Positions 14,915-28,456 of a stretch of DNA of 64,000 nucleotides are shown piece after piece. The notes beneath the pieces are model-generated. The model saw only the letters and a list, made by a program, of their open reading frames with translations, made no database searches and was not told where the DNA came from. Source of the stretch: Octopus vulgaris (Eukaryota); contig OX597827.1 in the NCBI GenBank assembly GCA_951406725.2, forward strand, positions 17,608,001-17,672,000. Reading direction: 5' to 3'. How positions within the stretch are numbered: the stretch's first letter is position 1; the number at the start of each line of letters is the position of its first letter. Position numbers and translations under genes: made by a program.

Positions 14915-15520
14915 AACAATGGCTTAAAATTTTGACACAAAGCCAGCAATTTTGAAGGGAAGAATAAGTCGTTTACATCCCCAAAGTCCATCCCCTCCTC
15001 ACCGTGGTGGGGACGCTGGCAACGGGTAGTGTCAGAGCTATGCTGTCGGGAACTTCGGTTCCTGGTAGGGCCACTCAAGGCGGATTGGTCTGACACCGAG
15101 TGGTATTAGGGCCACAACCCGGCAGACGGGGCTCTGCTGAAAATCCTCAGAGTGTCTGTTTCGGCAACCGGCCGCTCCTCGGTGGTTCTGTCTGCGTCTG
15201 CGGACAATCTGCGGCAAACAGGATGTCTCTACATGTTGGGGACCGCTTGTGATAATCATATTCCCACGAAACCTCTTCCACTGCCATGGTTCGCGATGCC
15301 TCGAGGGTGGTAGAAGAAGCCGACTCAACCCGCCCAGGGTGAATGTCGCCACAAGTAGAAGTAAGTAAGTTTACATCGACCCCAGTGTTCAACAGGTATT
15401 TATTTTATCGACCCTGAATGGGATGAAAGGCGAAGTCGTACTCGGTGGGATTTGAACTCAGAACATAAAGACGGACGAAATGCCACCAAGCATTTTGCCC
15501 GGCGTGCTAACGATTCTGCC
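14915..15520 (-). mobile_element. SINE B (old tail type) split by the RTE-derived insertion
   Basis: Tail half at 14915-14979 and head half at 15369-15520 rejoin across the TSD. Confidence 0.8.
14980..15368 (+). mobile_element. short non-autonomous RTE-derived bipartite element nested in SINE B
   Basis: 5' part CCTCACCGTGGTGGGG..GCTATGCTGTCGGG..CCTGGTAGGGCCAC resembles RTE 5' UTRs; 3' part TCAACCCGCCCAGGGTGAATGTCGCCACAAGTAGAAGTAAGTAAGT resembles RTE 3' ends; 9-bp TSD GTTTACATC (14971-14979 / 15369-15377). Confidence 0.7.
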
Positions 15521-15530
15521 ATTCGATCAT

Positions 15531-15837
15531 TGTTGTTTGTTCCTTCTCAAGCCATGCCTGGCTCATAAGGGCCGGTTTCCCGATTTCTTGGCATATAGGT
15601 TCCCCACCTGGACGGGACGCCGGTCCATCGCAGGTGAGCTGCAAGATGCAGGAGGAAAAAGAGAGAGAAAGTGCTGGCGAAAGAGTCAGCAGAAGTTTCG
15701 CCATTACCTTCTGCCGGAGCCGCGTGGAGCTTAAGTGCTTTCGCTCATAAACACACACATCGTCCGGTCTGAGATTCGAACCCGCGATCCCTCGACCGCG
15801 AGTCCGCTGCTCTAACCACTAGGCCATGTGCCTCCAC
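15531..15837 (-). mobile_element. tRNA-Arg-derived SINE family C, tail type 3
   Basis: Head GTGGAGGCACATGGCCTAGTGGTTAGAGCAGCGGAC-TCG-CGGTCG..GGTTCGAATCTC; tail ..CGTCCCGTCCAGGTGGGG..GAAACCGG..AACAAACAA. Confidence 0.88.
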
Positions 15838-16492
15838 TGCCTAATCATTATTATTACTAATGACATCGTTTGATCAACCTCATGTCCTGTTCTGTTTAAT
15901 CGTTTACTTTGAAGATTAGTTAGGACCCGTTGCGGGAGAACAAAGATTAGAAGGAAAAAGACGACAGTTATTTCACGTATTATTTTAAATATCATCAGAA
16001 TAGAAGAAAGGTGATGCAAGTTTGAAGTTGGTAATGTCTTCATTAATTAATATTTGCATCATTAGCTGCCAGTAATTCTCATCTTCAATGTCTAATCCAT
16101 GATATCCCCTAAGCTCTGTTTTACTCCAACAATAGAACATAGCCATGTACGCATGTATGTGTACACTCACGCACATACATGAATGCATATATACATACAC
16201 ACACACACACACACACATATGATTGATTGATTGGTATAAATACTCATATAACACTAAGTGACAAGAGAGCGTATTGTATATATATATGTATATATATATA
16301 TATATATATATGGGGTAAAGGTATTTATATGAGGGACTCTCCTATATTTCGAAGTATGGGCACCCAATTGAAGACAAGAAGAAGAAGGAGAAGGAGGAGA
16401 AGAAGAAGGAGAAGAAGGAGAAGGAGAAGAAGGAGAAGGAGAAGAATTAACAGCGTGGGAGATCATAAAGAATAAAGTTGTAGAAAAGCTGT

Positions 16493-16799
16493 TGGCACTC
16501 CATCGGCTACGAGGACGAGGGTTTCAGTTGATTCCATCAACGAACAGTTTGTCCCTGAAATTTACGTGCAAATAGGTGAGCAGTCCACAGTCACGCGTAA
16601 TTCTCATGGAGATTCAGCGTGACACAAAATGTGACAAAAGCTGGCCTTTTGAAATACAGTTACAGCTCATGTTTGGCAGTCGAGTCGACTGGAGCAACTA
16701 GAAATATATGTCTTGCTCAAGGACACAACGCGTCGCCAGGAATCGAGCTCACGGCCCTACGATTGTGAGCTGAAGACCATAACCACTAAACCACGTGCC
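16493..16799 (-). mobile_element. CORE-type SINE family E (shares tail with C type 1)
   Basis: GTGTCCTTGAGCAAGACA core-like motif; tail AACCCTCGTCCTCGTAGCCGATGGAGTGCC. Confidence 0.75.
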
Positions 16800-16815
16800 T
16801 TGAAACATACGTGTA

Positions 16816-16920
<105 letters not shown>

Positions 16921-16921
16921 A

Positions 16922-17000
<79 letters not shown>

Positions 17001-17393
17001 CAGCCGGAGACTGTTTATTTCTATTTTCTACAAATGAGACTCCACATACGACTTATCCCTGTAATTCGCATATGCAAAACAGAAGGAATAAATAACGAAA
17101 ACAAAGTCTAACGGTCATTTACGAACGCGTTTCTAGATTAGAAATATAATAAAATATATATTTCATGTCTTTCATCAGCGTAAACCTCCACTAAAATAGA
17201 TTTATCAAATGCTACGTGCCTCCACTTCTCGACCAGACGACATCGAAATAGTGGAAGAAAGCGAGCATAGGCTAAACCTATATAGACGATTGAATTCGTA
17301 AATTTTCCCTCCAAAATTTTACCATGCGCATTACAAAAATAGTTCCTTAGAGATAGAAACTATAGGTTGTCGTAAGGGATTAAAAATTCCAAT

Positions 17394-17569
17394 TAGTAAT
17401 ATGATAAGAGTAAATAATATCTTTAATAGTTTTAAAAAAAAAACAACAATTATTTACTGGTAGATTTCGGCATGTAATGGTTATATTTACATGCCGAAAT
17501 CTACCAGTAAATAATTGTTGTTTTTTTTTTAGACCATTAAAGATACTATTTACTCTTATTATATTACTA
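17394..17569. repeat. long palindrome, about 84-bp arms and 9-nt loop
   Basis: AACAACAATTATTTACTGGTAGATTTCGGCATGTAA-tggttatat-TTACATGCCGAAATCTACCAGTAAATAATTGTTGTT is perfect in the inner part; a few mismatches further out. Confidence 0.92.
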
Positions 17570-17653
17570 TATATCTCTTTTACTCTTTTACTTGTTTCAG
17601 TCATTTGACTTCGGCCATACTGGAGCACCGCCTTATATATATATATATATATA

Positions 17654-17937
17654 TCACCGTGACCAACCAGGCTATCAGATGTTGCTACATATCGCTGGTC
17701 ACAATGCGCTTCGCATTGTTTTAGCCTTCAAATGCCGCCACCCCGCTGGCTAAGCGAGTAGGCCAATTGAAGAAAGAGTGAGAGAAAGTTGTGGCGAAAG
17801 TACACTCCCCTGCCGGAGCCTCGTGGAGCTTTAGGTGTTTTCGCTCAATAAACACTCACAAAGCCCGGTCTAGGAATCGAAACGGCGATCCTACGACCGT
17901 GAGTCCGCTGCCCTAACCACTGGGCCATTGTGCCTCC
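17654..17937 (-). mobile_element. SINE family C, tail type 2
   Basis: tRNA-Arg-like head; tail GCTAAAACAATGCGAAGCGCATTGTGACCAGCGATATGTAGCAACATCTGATAGCCTGG; sits in (TA)n. Confidence 0.85.
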
Positions 17938-18041
17938 ATATATATATATATATATATATATACATACAAACATACATAGATATACATGTACATATGTATG
18001 TATATATGTATCTATGTGTATGTCTGTATGTATGTATATAT

Positions 18042-18080
<39 letters not shown>

Positions 18081-18669
18081 CGTGTGTCTGTGTGTGAGAC
18101 ATAAAACTAAAATATTTTAATGTCAGTAATGAAAAAATATGCATTAATCACGTCCCAGAGAAGGAAGATGGAGTTCACAAAAATATCACTCACCTTTTAA
18201 GAAAGATCTCAAGGGACGAAGAAAATTCTCAAATCAATTAGAATGGTGAACCACCAATCAAGAGAATAATCGAACAACAAGAATTACGAATGCCAATCAC
18301 AGAACAAGGTGTAGAAACCATAAAAATCAATTCTAAAATCCATAAAGTTTTCTGCAATTTAAGAAGTAAAAAATTTTCTTTTTACTTAAAAACATAAATA
18401 GAAGAAATGCTTCCAGCCAGGTTTACGGACAAATTTTATCACTGAATAATTTCATCAGGCGTTTGGAAGGCATCGATTAGATCGATATAAAATAAGCTGG
18501 TGTAATTGGAGTCTCGACGCGAGAAAATGCGCAAGGGTTTTAGTCACAGTTGACATAAAGTTATATAAAAACTCCCTGGTGAAATCACATCAGATGTTTC
18601 TGTAAAGCGTTTTTGAAACGGACGAAATGCCGCTAAGCATTTCGCCCGGCGTGCTAACGATTCTGTTAA

Positions 18670-18745
<76 letters not shown>

Positions 18746-19340
18746 GACAGCCTTGCCAGAAAGATTCCACCTATCACAGTTCACTCATAAGAGTTTCGTC
18801 GACCTAAATACATGGTGCCCAACGCACCTTACAAGGGTAAGATTGAATCCGGAACCACGTACTTATAGAGTGAAAGTTTTAGTCCTGCAGCTCCGCAGGC
18901 ACCCGGATGTGGTTGGTAAGCAAGCTACTTACCACACAACCAATCCTGCGAACTATTACTGTTCATATGAGTTTACTCACATATATTCTTGGCAGTTACT
19001 AAACTCACTCTCAATAACATTGATGATCCTGAGATACGAAAGTCAATCAAATGCCTTTACGATATCAAAATCATACAGAAAGACCACGATGTTCCATATA
19101 GGAGGACTAACTATTTGGGTGCAACGCAAACAATGTGGGTAAGCATCAAATCATAGAATACCAATACATACAAGTTATTTAAAAATATGGATACACAATG
19201 ACAGGAGAAAACGCATCCCGATATTCACAATCTGCATCAGACATCGGAATTATAAATATTGGTTTGGTGGAAAACTAAAGTAGGCATTGCGATTCAAATA
19301 TACATAGACTTTTTAAAGTGCCAATATCTAGCAATCGTTA

Positions 19341-19813
19341 TCAATATCTATAAAGCTGAAATGCGAAAAAGTTGTTTGATTTCTTGGTTATTTGTCCCAT
19401 TTTGAGATGGAAACGGTTTGAGGGGCGGTAGATGGGGTCGGATTGGCACCAAAATTTACACTGGGGGTGGGGGATAAAATGGGGTGGGCAATGGTGTGAG
19501 GAGGGTTGCAAGTCGCTCGGAGCTACCCTTTGGTTGCCATGGTGAGGAATATGGGGAAAATTGAGTTTTATGGGATAGACAGGTTGCACTGTTTGAATAA
19601 TGGTGGCTTTTCGTGTTGCTGCAGGGGCTAGAGGCGGATATTTTTAATTGTGGGTGTAAAAATTTGGGGGGATTTGGAAAGGGGGGTAGAGAAGAGGGCA
19701 ATAAAAAGAACCAGGCAAAGAAGACGAACAAAAGACGAGAGGGAAAAAGAGACAACACGCACAAAACAACACCACTACCAAAGCCCGAGCGAAGCACGGG
19801 CCAAAATAGCTAG
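19341..19813 (+). mobile_element. non-autonomous Helitron
   Basis: A|TC 5' end (TCAATATCTATAAAGCTGAA); 3' hairpin CCCGAGCGAAGCACGGG then CTAG|T; termini shared with the elements at 30466 and 31066. Confidence 0.75.
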
Positions 19814-19837
19814 TCGTTATTATAATTTTAATCATAA

Positions 19838-20245
19838 GGCGCAGGAATGACTGTGTGGTAAGTAGCTTGCTAACCAACCACATGGTTCCGGGTTCAGTCC
19901 CACTGCGTGGCACCTTGGGCAAGTGTCTTCTGCTATACCTCCGGGCCGACCAATACCTTGTGAGTGGATTTGGTAGACGGAAACTGAAAGAAGTCTGACG
20001 TATGTATGTATATATATATATAAATATATGTGTGTGTGTGTGTGTGTTTATCCTTCTATCATTGCTTGACAACCGATGCTGGTGTGTTTATGTCCCCGTT
20101 ACTTAACGGTTCAGCAAAAGAGACCGATAGAATAAGTACTGGGCTTACAAAAAGAATAAGTCCCGGGGTCGAGTTGCTCGATTAAAGGCGGTGCTCCCAG
20201 CATGGCCGCAGTCAAATGAGTGAAACAATAAAAGAGTAAAGAGTA
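19838..20245 (+). mobile_element. SINE family A
   Basis: Homologous to 721-1099. Confidence 0.9.
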
Positions 20246-20600
20246 ATTACTAATACATTTCAAGATGGCGATTGTCAGAATTGATAAAACGCCGAACAAA
20301 ATATTTCGCCGCACTTGCACCGGTTTCTGGTCTCAGTTCAAATTCATGCTGAGACCGACTTTGATCTTCATTATTTCGAGATCGATAAAAAAAAGTACTA
20401 GTTAAACACTGGGTTCGATGTAATCGACCAGCAAACTCCCCTAAAATCTCAGGCCCAGCAAAGAGTATTAATAATACATTTATAAGAAAGAGCAGAATTT
20501 CCAAATCATAAAAAATATATATAAAGGATATGTCAAAATTTGAGATCAATATATGTATGAACGAATGTATGTATGACTATGTTTTTAATTTTCGGATTGG

Positions 20601-20683
<83 letters not shown>

Positions 20684-20779
20684 GTTTGCGTGCGTGTGTG
20701 TATGTTGGTGCGTGTGTATGTGTGTGTGTATATATGTGTGTGTTTTTGTGTCTATATATGTGTTTGTGTATACACACAA

Positions 20780-20852
<73 letters not shown>

Positions 20853-20872
20853 CATATGTATATATATGCTTG

Positions 20873-20906
<34 letters not shown>

Positions 20907-20943
20907 GTATATATATGTGCTTGAGTATATATATATAGATAGA

Positions 20944-20976
<33 letters not shown>

Positions 20977-21309
20977 GGATATAGATATAGACATATATAT
21001 ATATAGATAGATATACATGCATATATACGTAGATATCTATGTAATCACAAATATGTGTGACTATTTATACGTGTAAGTATGTATGCACAAATATTTATAT
21101 GTGTATGCATGTACGCATGTATGAGTTTTTAACGACCTCACCTTCTTATCAAATAGCAAATAACCGAAATAACAGACAGCTATTTGGTAGAAAGACGGAA
21201 GAAAGAGGAAAATAAATGCGAGATGACCAAGATAAATTGTCGGAGTTATTCGTAGTTATTCTGGTTGTATTTTAGTAGTTATCATGTACGTAGACTATAT
21301 CTATATCTG

Positions 21310-21390
<81 letters not shown>

Positions 21391-21422
21391 GTATATATAT
21401 ACATATATATAAATATATATAT

Positions 21423-21646
21423 AAAGGGAAAGTTTACGAAAATAAACAAAAGACGAAGGCAGGTGATGTACAAACAAACAAATGTATTAGTATAGCGCTC
21501 AGGAATAGAAAAAGTATTTTACGTTTCGAGCCTACGCTCTTCTACAGAAATATACACAGAAAAAAAACAAGGAGAGAAAGAAAATGGGTGTAGTAGCTAA
21601 CGATCTATCATGGCGTCTGACTCGGACTGAAAGGGGAGATAACAGG
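21423..21646 (-). mobile_element. PLE 3' terminus, family 1
   Basis: Homologous to 10473-10750; flanked by TA repeats. Confidence 0.8.
21515..21552 (-). ncRNA. minimal hammerhead-like motif, PLE family 1, second copy
   Basis: UAUUU-CUGUAGA-A-GAGC(GUAG)GCUC-GAA-ACGU-A-AAAUA; stem I kept intact by a C-G to A-U double change relative to 10572-10609. Confidence 0.65.
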
Positions 21647-21658
21647 ATATATATATAC

Positions 21659-21821
21659 CTCGTGTGTACCGTTGGTGATTTTTTTCCCTCTGTTTTCCCT
21701 TCTCTGGATCTTTCCTTCTCCTTTGTTTCCGCTCGAAACGTTAAACCTGAGCGTCCAATAATACTATATTTGTTCCACGTCCTCGCGTTGTGTTTTTCTG
21801 TGCTTTCTTGTTTGGATTAAC
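21659..21821 (+). mobile_element. PLE-like 3' terminus, family 2, with internal deletions
   Basis: Homologous to the reverse complement of 59622-59800; hammerhead core deleted between TCCG microhomologies. Confidence 0.7.
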
Positions 21822-21874
<53 letters not shown>

Positions 21875-22079
21875 TGTTTGTCTGTCTGACGATCTATTTA
21901 TCTATCTGTCTGTTTTTAGACTTGCATATATATATATATATATGCATATGCGTATTCTTTTATTCTTTTATTTGTTTCAGGTCATTTGACTAGGGCCATG
22001 CTGGAGCACCGCCTTTTTATATGTATATTTATATAAGTATATCTTGTGTGAACAAACAGACGAACATCCGTAACTGCTA

Positions 22080-22830
22080 GGTTTTGAGCTTCCAGTTGAT
22101 AGTCAAAGTCCAGTCTGCTTTGACTGCAATGGTTAAATAACAACCATGCTTAGTTTTATTACCTGTTATGAAATACGAAACAATTATTGGAGAAATTGCA
22201 ATGTCTTTGTGATTATCAGGACATTCATCGAGATAGCTATTGAGTAAACGAATTTTTATGCTTATGTCGCAGCCTAAAAGATGAAAGCTATCAAGTAATA
22301 TCTCCACCAAATCCTTGTAGCTGGCAGCCCTTTCACTCCCCAAAAATCTTTTCACAACAGCCACAAATGAATCCCATGCTCTTCTTTCTATGTCTAGCTC
22401 GAGAAATTCTGGCATTTCGTTAACTTTCTGATTTGTGGCCCATCAAAAACACCAGACGCTATTTTATCACAACTTGGACAGGAAATGTTATACATAGGAA
22501 TTTGAAACGGTTACCCTCAACTCTAAGAGCTTTGACAAATCACTTCATTAGTCTTAGTTTAATATGAAGGGGTGGAAAAAGGATTTTCTCCCGCTCAACA
22601 AGTGGTTGGTATATGATATTCTTCTCTCCAACAGTCAAACTTTTCCTAACTGGCCAGAGTTTCTAGATTCAGTTTGTGCCTATCGTAGAAAGGATTATTT
22701 TCATCTTCCAGCCGTTTGTAGATTCAGCATGCCAAACAGTTGTTTTTGCAACTTCCTAATTATATTTCTATTCAGCGGCCGAGAGCAGATGAAAAGATAC
22801 GAATGTCCCGTCATAAATTTAGAACGATAT
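22080..22830 (-). pseudogene. degraded DNA transposase, Chapaev3 (CMC)-like
   Basis: PLVEREKILFPPLHIKLRLMK*FVKAL..GVFDGPQIRKL..ERRAWDSFVAVVKRFLG..YKDLVEILL..LGCDISIKI..LNSYLD, with stops and frameshifts; family name recalled from the motif. Confidence 0.75.
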
Positions 22831-23446
22831 TTTCTCCAGTCGTGACAGCGTAGTCACAATGCTATAAGAACCACCAGCTAATATTGTCATAAGCTACAGA
22901 GATTTTCTCTCCCATTTTTTATATAAATTGTTGTTTCTTTTCTTCATTCAAAGACCAAATACTATGTGCAGTAAATGAAGCTTCTGCTAATTGTTCGCGT
23001 GTGTTGTTCATCATATACACGCAACCAGTAACCCAATATAACTACAATAAAAGCACCAGCGACAAATGTACGTCTTGCGTGACTTTGCGCCATTTTAAAT
23101 CTAAACATTCCAGCATTATTCATTATACAAATTTTGTCATTTTTCGATTATTCAAATTTATTTAAATTTGTTTCTAATCTATTTTTTCATTCCTTTTTCT
23201 TTTAACCAACATCGTTAAATCGTTAATTTATGAATTTCCTCATTTCCCAATTGACATTGCATCTCTTCAGATCGAAAATTCTTCCAATATAGCGTCCTGT
23301 ATATCTCACTTAATTATAAAAAGCTATGTAGCTGCGGTATCCATCTCGAGAAAGCATCTTGTACAGACGTGTACTTCTAAAAAGAACCATCTGTCTGTAT
23401 ATCTATCTATTTATCTAACTATCTAACCATCCATCCGTCTTTCTGT

Positions 23447-23548
<102 letters not shown>

Positions 23549-23818
23549 GAAAACAGAGGGTTACCCACTTGCAAACAAATGTGGTAACATGTAACAATAT
23601 TGACCGAGCTTACCGTGGTCTTTTCCGTAGGCTTTTCTTCCCACGAATAAACCTTATCTGCTTCCCCCTTTACACCGTACATCATGACACTGTGATACAC
23701 GATCCCTATTGATCGTTTTTTTTCTTTTTCCCCTTTTTTTCCTTTCCTTTTTCTCCTTTTATTTCTTTTTTCTTTCCTTTTGTTTCTTTTTCTTTTTTTC
23801 TTTTTTTTCTTCTTTCCC

Positions 23819-23820
<2 letters not shown>
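23549..23820 (+). mobile_element. LINE D 3' UTR fragment within (TATC)n
   Basis: Reverse complement of about 25250-25490; both flanks are (TATC)n. Confidence 0.85.
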
Positions 23821-23880
<60 letters not shown>

Positions 23881-24009
23881 AATTTTCCCTTTATCTGAAT
23901 TAGAAACTTTATAAAGATCCCTCTTTGCAGCAGAACGTTTGCATCCCAAGATTTTGGCGCTGTTGTAGGTTTAGATGACTATCTGGATTAAGCTGCATCT
24001 ATTTCAGTT

Positions 24010-24810
24010 CGTAACTTTCCATACGTTTCGCATTTCGACCTGTTTCATTCAGTGTACTGCAGTGTGCTGATTCACCGCTTTGTTCGTTTCAGTCGAACAC
24101 ACAGACACCAGCAAATATTTTCCTCTTAATCTGGTAGGTACCCGATCGCTCTATTTTGGCGAAATGCTAACTTACGGGAACGTAAACATACCGACTCCGG
24201 TTGGCAAGCGATGGTGGGTGATAAACACATACACACATATTTATAATACGTACGAAAAGCTACCGCACAGTTTCTGCCATCAGATTCAGTGCCAAAGCAT
24301 CGTTTAGCTCGTGGCTATATTAGAAGACTGAGTGGAGGCGCAATGGCCCAGTGGTTAGGGCAGCGGACTCGCAGTCATAGGATCGCGGTTTCAATTCCCA
24401 GACCGGGCGTTGTGAGTATTTATTGAGCGAAAACACCTAAAAAAGCTCCACGAGGCTCCGGCAGGGGATGGTGGTGATCCCTGCTGTACTCTTTCACCAC
24501 AACTTTCTCTCACTCTTACTTCCTGTTTCTGTTGTACCTGTATTTCAAGGGGCCGGCCTTGTCACTCTCTGTGTCACGCTGAATATACCCGAGAACTACG
24601 TTAAGGGTGCACGTGTCTGTGGAGTGCTCAGCCACTTACACGTTAATTTCACGAGCAGGTTGTTCCGTTGATTCGGATCAACCGGAACCCTCATCGTCGT
24701 AACCGATGGAGTGCTTCCATATTAGAAGACACTTGCACAAGTTGTCACGCAGTGCGATTGCACCCTCAAACTACGCGACCTCAAAGCCAGATTCTTAACT
24801 ATACAACCAG
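24010..24810 (-). mobile_element. old SINE A copy, host of a nested SINE C
   Basis: Degenerate ..GGCTATATTAGAAGAC|ACTTGCACAAG..CACGCAGTG rejoins across the insertion. Confidence 0.65.
24332..24718 (+). mobile_element. SINE family C, tail type 1
   Basis: 12-bp TSD ATATTAGAAGAC (24317-24328 / 24719-24730); near-identical to 35050-35437. Confidence 0.92.
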
Positions 24811-24972
24811 GCCTGTTGGTGCCGAGTTTAAGTTTTGCACTTAATTGAGAGTATAGCATCATACTTTCTTGCAATTTATAGTGTTTGAACCATAATTTTC
24901 TAAAGGGTGGTACTCACACACACACACACAGGGACGAGTGCTTCTACACTCACATTTACACACCACACCTAA

Positions 24973-25047
<75 letters not shown>

Positions 25048-25493
25048 TGTTTCTTTATTGGCCACACAGGGCTGCACACAGATGGGACAAGTTACAAGGT
25101 AGAGCTTTTCTTTTGGGGGATGAAAAAAACAAAAAACAAAAGAAACAAAAAAGGTGTGGCGTAGGTTTTCGATCAAGAGGGATCGTAAAAGGGAAAAAAA
25201 GAACAACAAAATATAAAATAAAAAATAAAAAAATAAAATAAAAAAGAAGTAAAGGAACAAAAGAAAAGAGAAATGAAAAGAGAAGAAAAAGGGGAAAAAA
25301 AGGGGAAGAGGAAAAAAAACGATCAATAGGGATCGTGTATCACAGTGTTATGATATATGGTGTAAAAGGGAAAGCAAGTACGGTTTATCCGTGGGAAGAA
25401 AAGCCTACGAAAAAGACCACGGTAACCTTGGTCAATATTGTTATATGTTACCACATTTGTTTGCAAGTGGGTAACCCTCTGTTTTCAATTTCT
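25048..25493 (-). mobile_element. LINE D 3' UTR copy in (GATA)n
   Basis: Ends AATAAAGAAAC on the minus strand; GATA repeats on both sides. Confidence 0.85.
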
Positions 25494-25521
25494 ATAGATA
25501 GATAGATAGATAGATAGATAT

Positions 25522-26391
25522 GTTTCTTTATTAGCCACACAGGGCTGCACACAGATAGAACAAATTACAAGGTAGAGCTTTTCTTTTGAAGGTTTAAAAA
25601 AAAAAAAAAAAAAACAAGAGGGAGTTTCGATCAAAAGGGATCGTAAAAGGAGTGAAAGAGGACAAAAAAAGGGGGATTAAAAAAAAGGGGGAGAGGGAAA
25701 AAAAATTGATCAATAGGGATCGTTATCACAGAAATGTCAATAGGAAGTGTAAAGGGGAGGACAGGTGAGGTTTACCCGTGGAAAGAAAAGCCTACGGAAA
25801 AGACCACGGTAACCTCGGTCAATGGAGTCACATGTTATATTTCTTTTTTTTTTTTTTTTTTTGCAAATAAGCAACTCTCTGTTTTCAATTTCTGGGTTCA
25901 TAGGATCATGCTCAAGGTGGCTTCGTCATTCATACGTGCCATTCTTCATACATTCACCCATCTTTTTTTAAAACATTCGCTAGACAAAACTTGCCTCTCT
26001 ACTCTCACTTTCTTTTTCAAGTGGTACTTGAAGAAGTTGATGAGAGATTGACCAGAGAGGAAAGTGTTTGTCTCCAATCCTTTCAGACGCGTCCACCAGA
26101 TACATTCTTTCGCCATAGCCACAAGGATGATGAAAATAGCTCTTCCTTCCCGTTTGAAGGAGGGAGGCGTGACAATATTAACGATAGACTCAGCTGATAA
26201 ACCGACTCGTCCCACACGTGACAGCAGTTGTTCGACACAAGCCCACAGGTCGGAAATTGTTGGACACTGCACGAGTGCGTGCAGAACGGTTTCGTCGCTC
26301 TGACCGCATCTCGGGCAGGTCGGCCCCGTGTTTCTCGAGCCGTGTCTATAGAGCTTATCCCGAACGGGTAGCGCTTCTCGGTAGCACTGCC
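25522..26391 (-). mobile_element. 5'-truncated Tx1/L1-clade LINE D with ORF2 C-terminus
   Basis: ALPVRDKL..CPRCGQSDETVLHALVQC..LW..AKECIWWTR: zf-RVT zinc knuckle and L1/Tx1-type C-terminus; GATA repeats on both sides. Confidence 0.88.
25898..26391 (-). pseudogene. ORF2 C-terminal fragment (zf-RVT) of LINE D
   Basis: C-x2-C-x8-H-x4-C motif; stop at 25946 is probably premature because the frame continues RMARMNDEATLSMIL to a stop at 25898. Confidence 0.8.
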
Positions 26392-26496
<105 letters not shown>

Positions 26497-26630
26497 GTTT
26501 CTTTTTTAGCCATACAGGGCTGCACACAGACGGGACAGATTACAAAGTAGAGCTTTTCTTTTGGGGGAGAGAAAAAAAAGGTGGGTTAGTTTTTCGATCA
26601 AAAGGGATCGTAAAAGGGAAAGAAAAAAAA
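26497..26630 (-). mobile_element. short LINE D 3' end in (GATA)n
   Basis: Same terminal ~130 bp as the other D copies. Confidence 0.85.
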
Positions 26631-26821
26631 GATAGATAGATAAATTTAATGTGGTTTTAGAGTCAGGTGTTGACTGCTATTTTCAGCGTGGTGGTATCTC
26701 TTAGACACCCTAAATTATAATTTTAATAATAATTATTACCTTCGAATGTTTTTATTCCCATGCTGACCACTTGATAAGATCGATATTTAAATTAACGATC
26801 TTATTCCTATTTATATAAATT

Positions 26822-26954
<133 letters not shown>

Positions 26955-27407
26955 CCAGTACTTTCATCCTCTGATACTGACTTGTTCAGTTCGGCCTCCG
27001 ATTTCATGATCTATGATTCGTGAATTAACAGTAATTGTTAGGTATCATGTTGAACCGAATTAAATGGCTTGGGTGTCCCTAATATCAGCGCCAATCATGC
27101 AATTTAAATAGATTCAATCGATTTATTCTACCTCTTTATCAATTTGATTCCTTGTTCCAATACAATAAGTCAGTATTTGTTATGTTTACATATATCTATT
27201 TAGCCATACTTGTCCGTAAGTGTCTACACGGATAGTTGAGTAGATAAATGTGAGATTAAGTAGGAATTACCTGGAGGCACGCTCGCACACACACACACAC
27301 ACATAGATGTATGTATATGTGTGTGTATATGTGTGTATATATATATGTCTGTGTATATATATATGTGAGTATATATACATATCATGTATATATATATACG
27401 TACACAC

Positions 27408-27486
<79 letters not shown>

Positions 27487-27685
27487 TACAGACGTGTGTG
27501 AGTTGCAGATTACAGGTTTTTTCAACACAGGAATATATCGAACAATTAATGTTCAAGTATAAAACACATACACACAATTATAGTGTCCATTTGTGAATGA
27601 TATAGGCACATATAGAAGATAATACACACACACACACACATATATAAATACAATCACATATAAGTATATATACATATGCATATAA

Positions 27686-27719
<34 letters not shown>

Positions 27720-27756
27720 GTAATCATTTAGATATGTATATGCATATATATGTATG

Positions 27757-27819
<63 letters not shown>

Positions 27820-28410
27820 ATAAATGATGAAAATCGATTTAATAATACCATAATTTAAGTGGTAGAAAAAACTACGGAGAAAATACAAATTTATAAATAT
27901 TAGGTTATCATATAGTCAGAACCGAAGATCGTAACTAGAATCAACATAATTAGAAAGAAACTAAAAAATAGATTGACTCTATAATTGTTTCTACTATGAA
28001 TATGTAGTTATACTCATAAATCTTGTTAAAATGCAATTAATTAGACGATCGACGTCAAAAACACGGTAACCATAAATATGTCATGCATCCATTAAAATGC
28101 ATCAAATATGATCCGTAGTTAATATAAATATAAATATGAAAAATCGATATTTTAATATACCATTAATTTAACCAAGTTAAAATAGAAAAATATATAATTA
28201 TTAGAGATATACTATATAACCTATAAATAGCTATATACTAGAATATAGTATATATATATTATATATATATATGTATGTAAGTATGTATGCATGTATGTAT
28301 GCTTATGAGTGTATATGTATGCATATAGACTTCTTAATTACATATATAATTCTTACTTAACCAGACATAAACATTTATACGAATATAGATGTGCGTGTGT
28401 GTGCGATGTA

Positions 28411-28456
<46 letters not shown>

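Noticed and set aside
24332-24410. SINE C heads as functional tRNA-Arg genes
   Set aside because: Acceptor stem does not pair and the heads run into SINE bodies bounded by TSDs.
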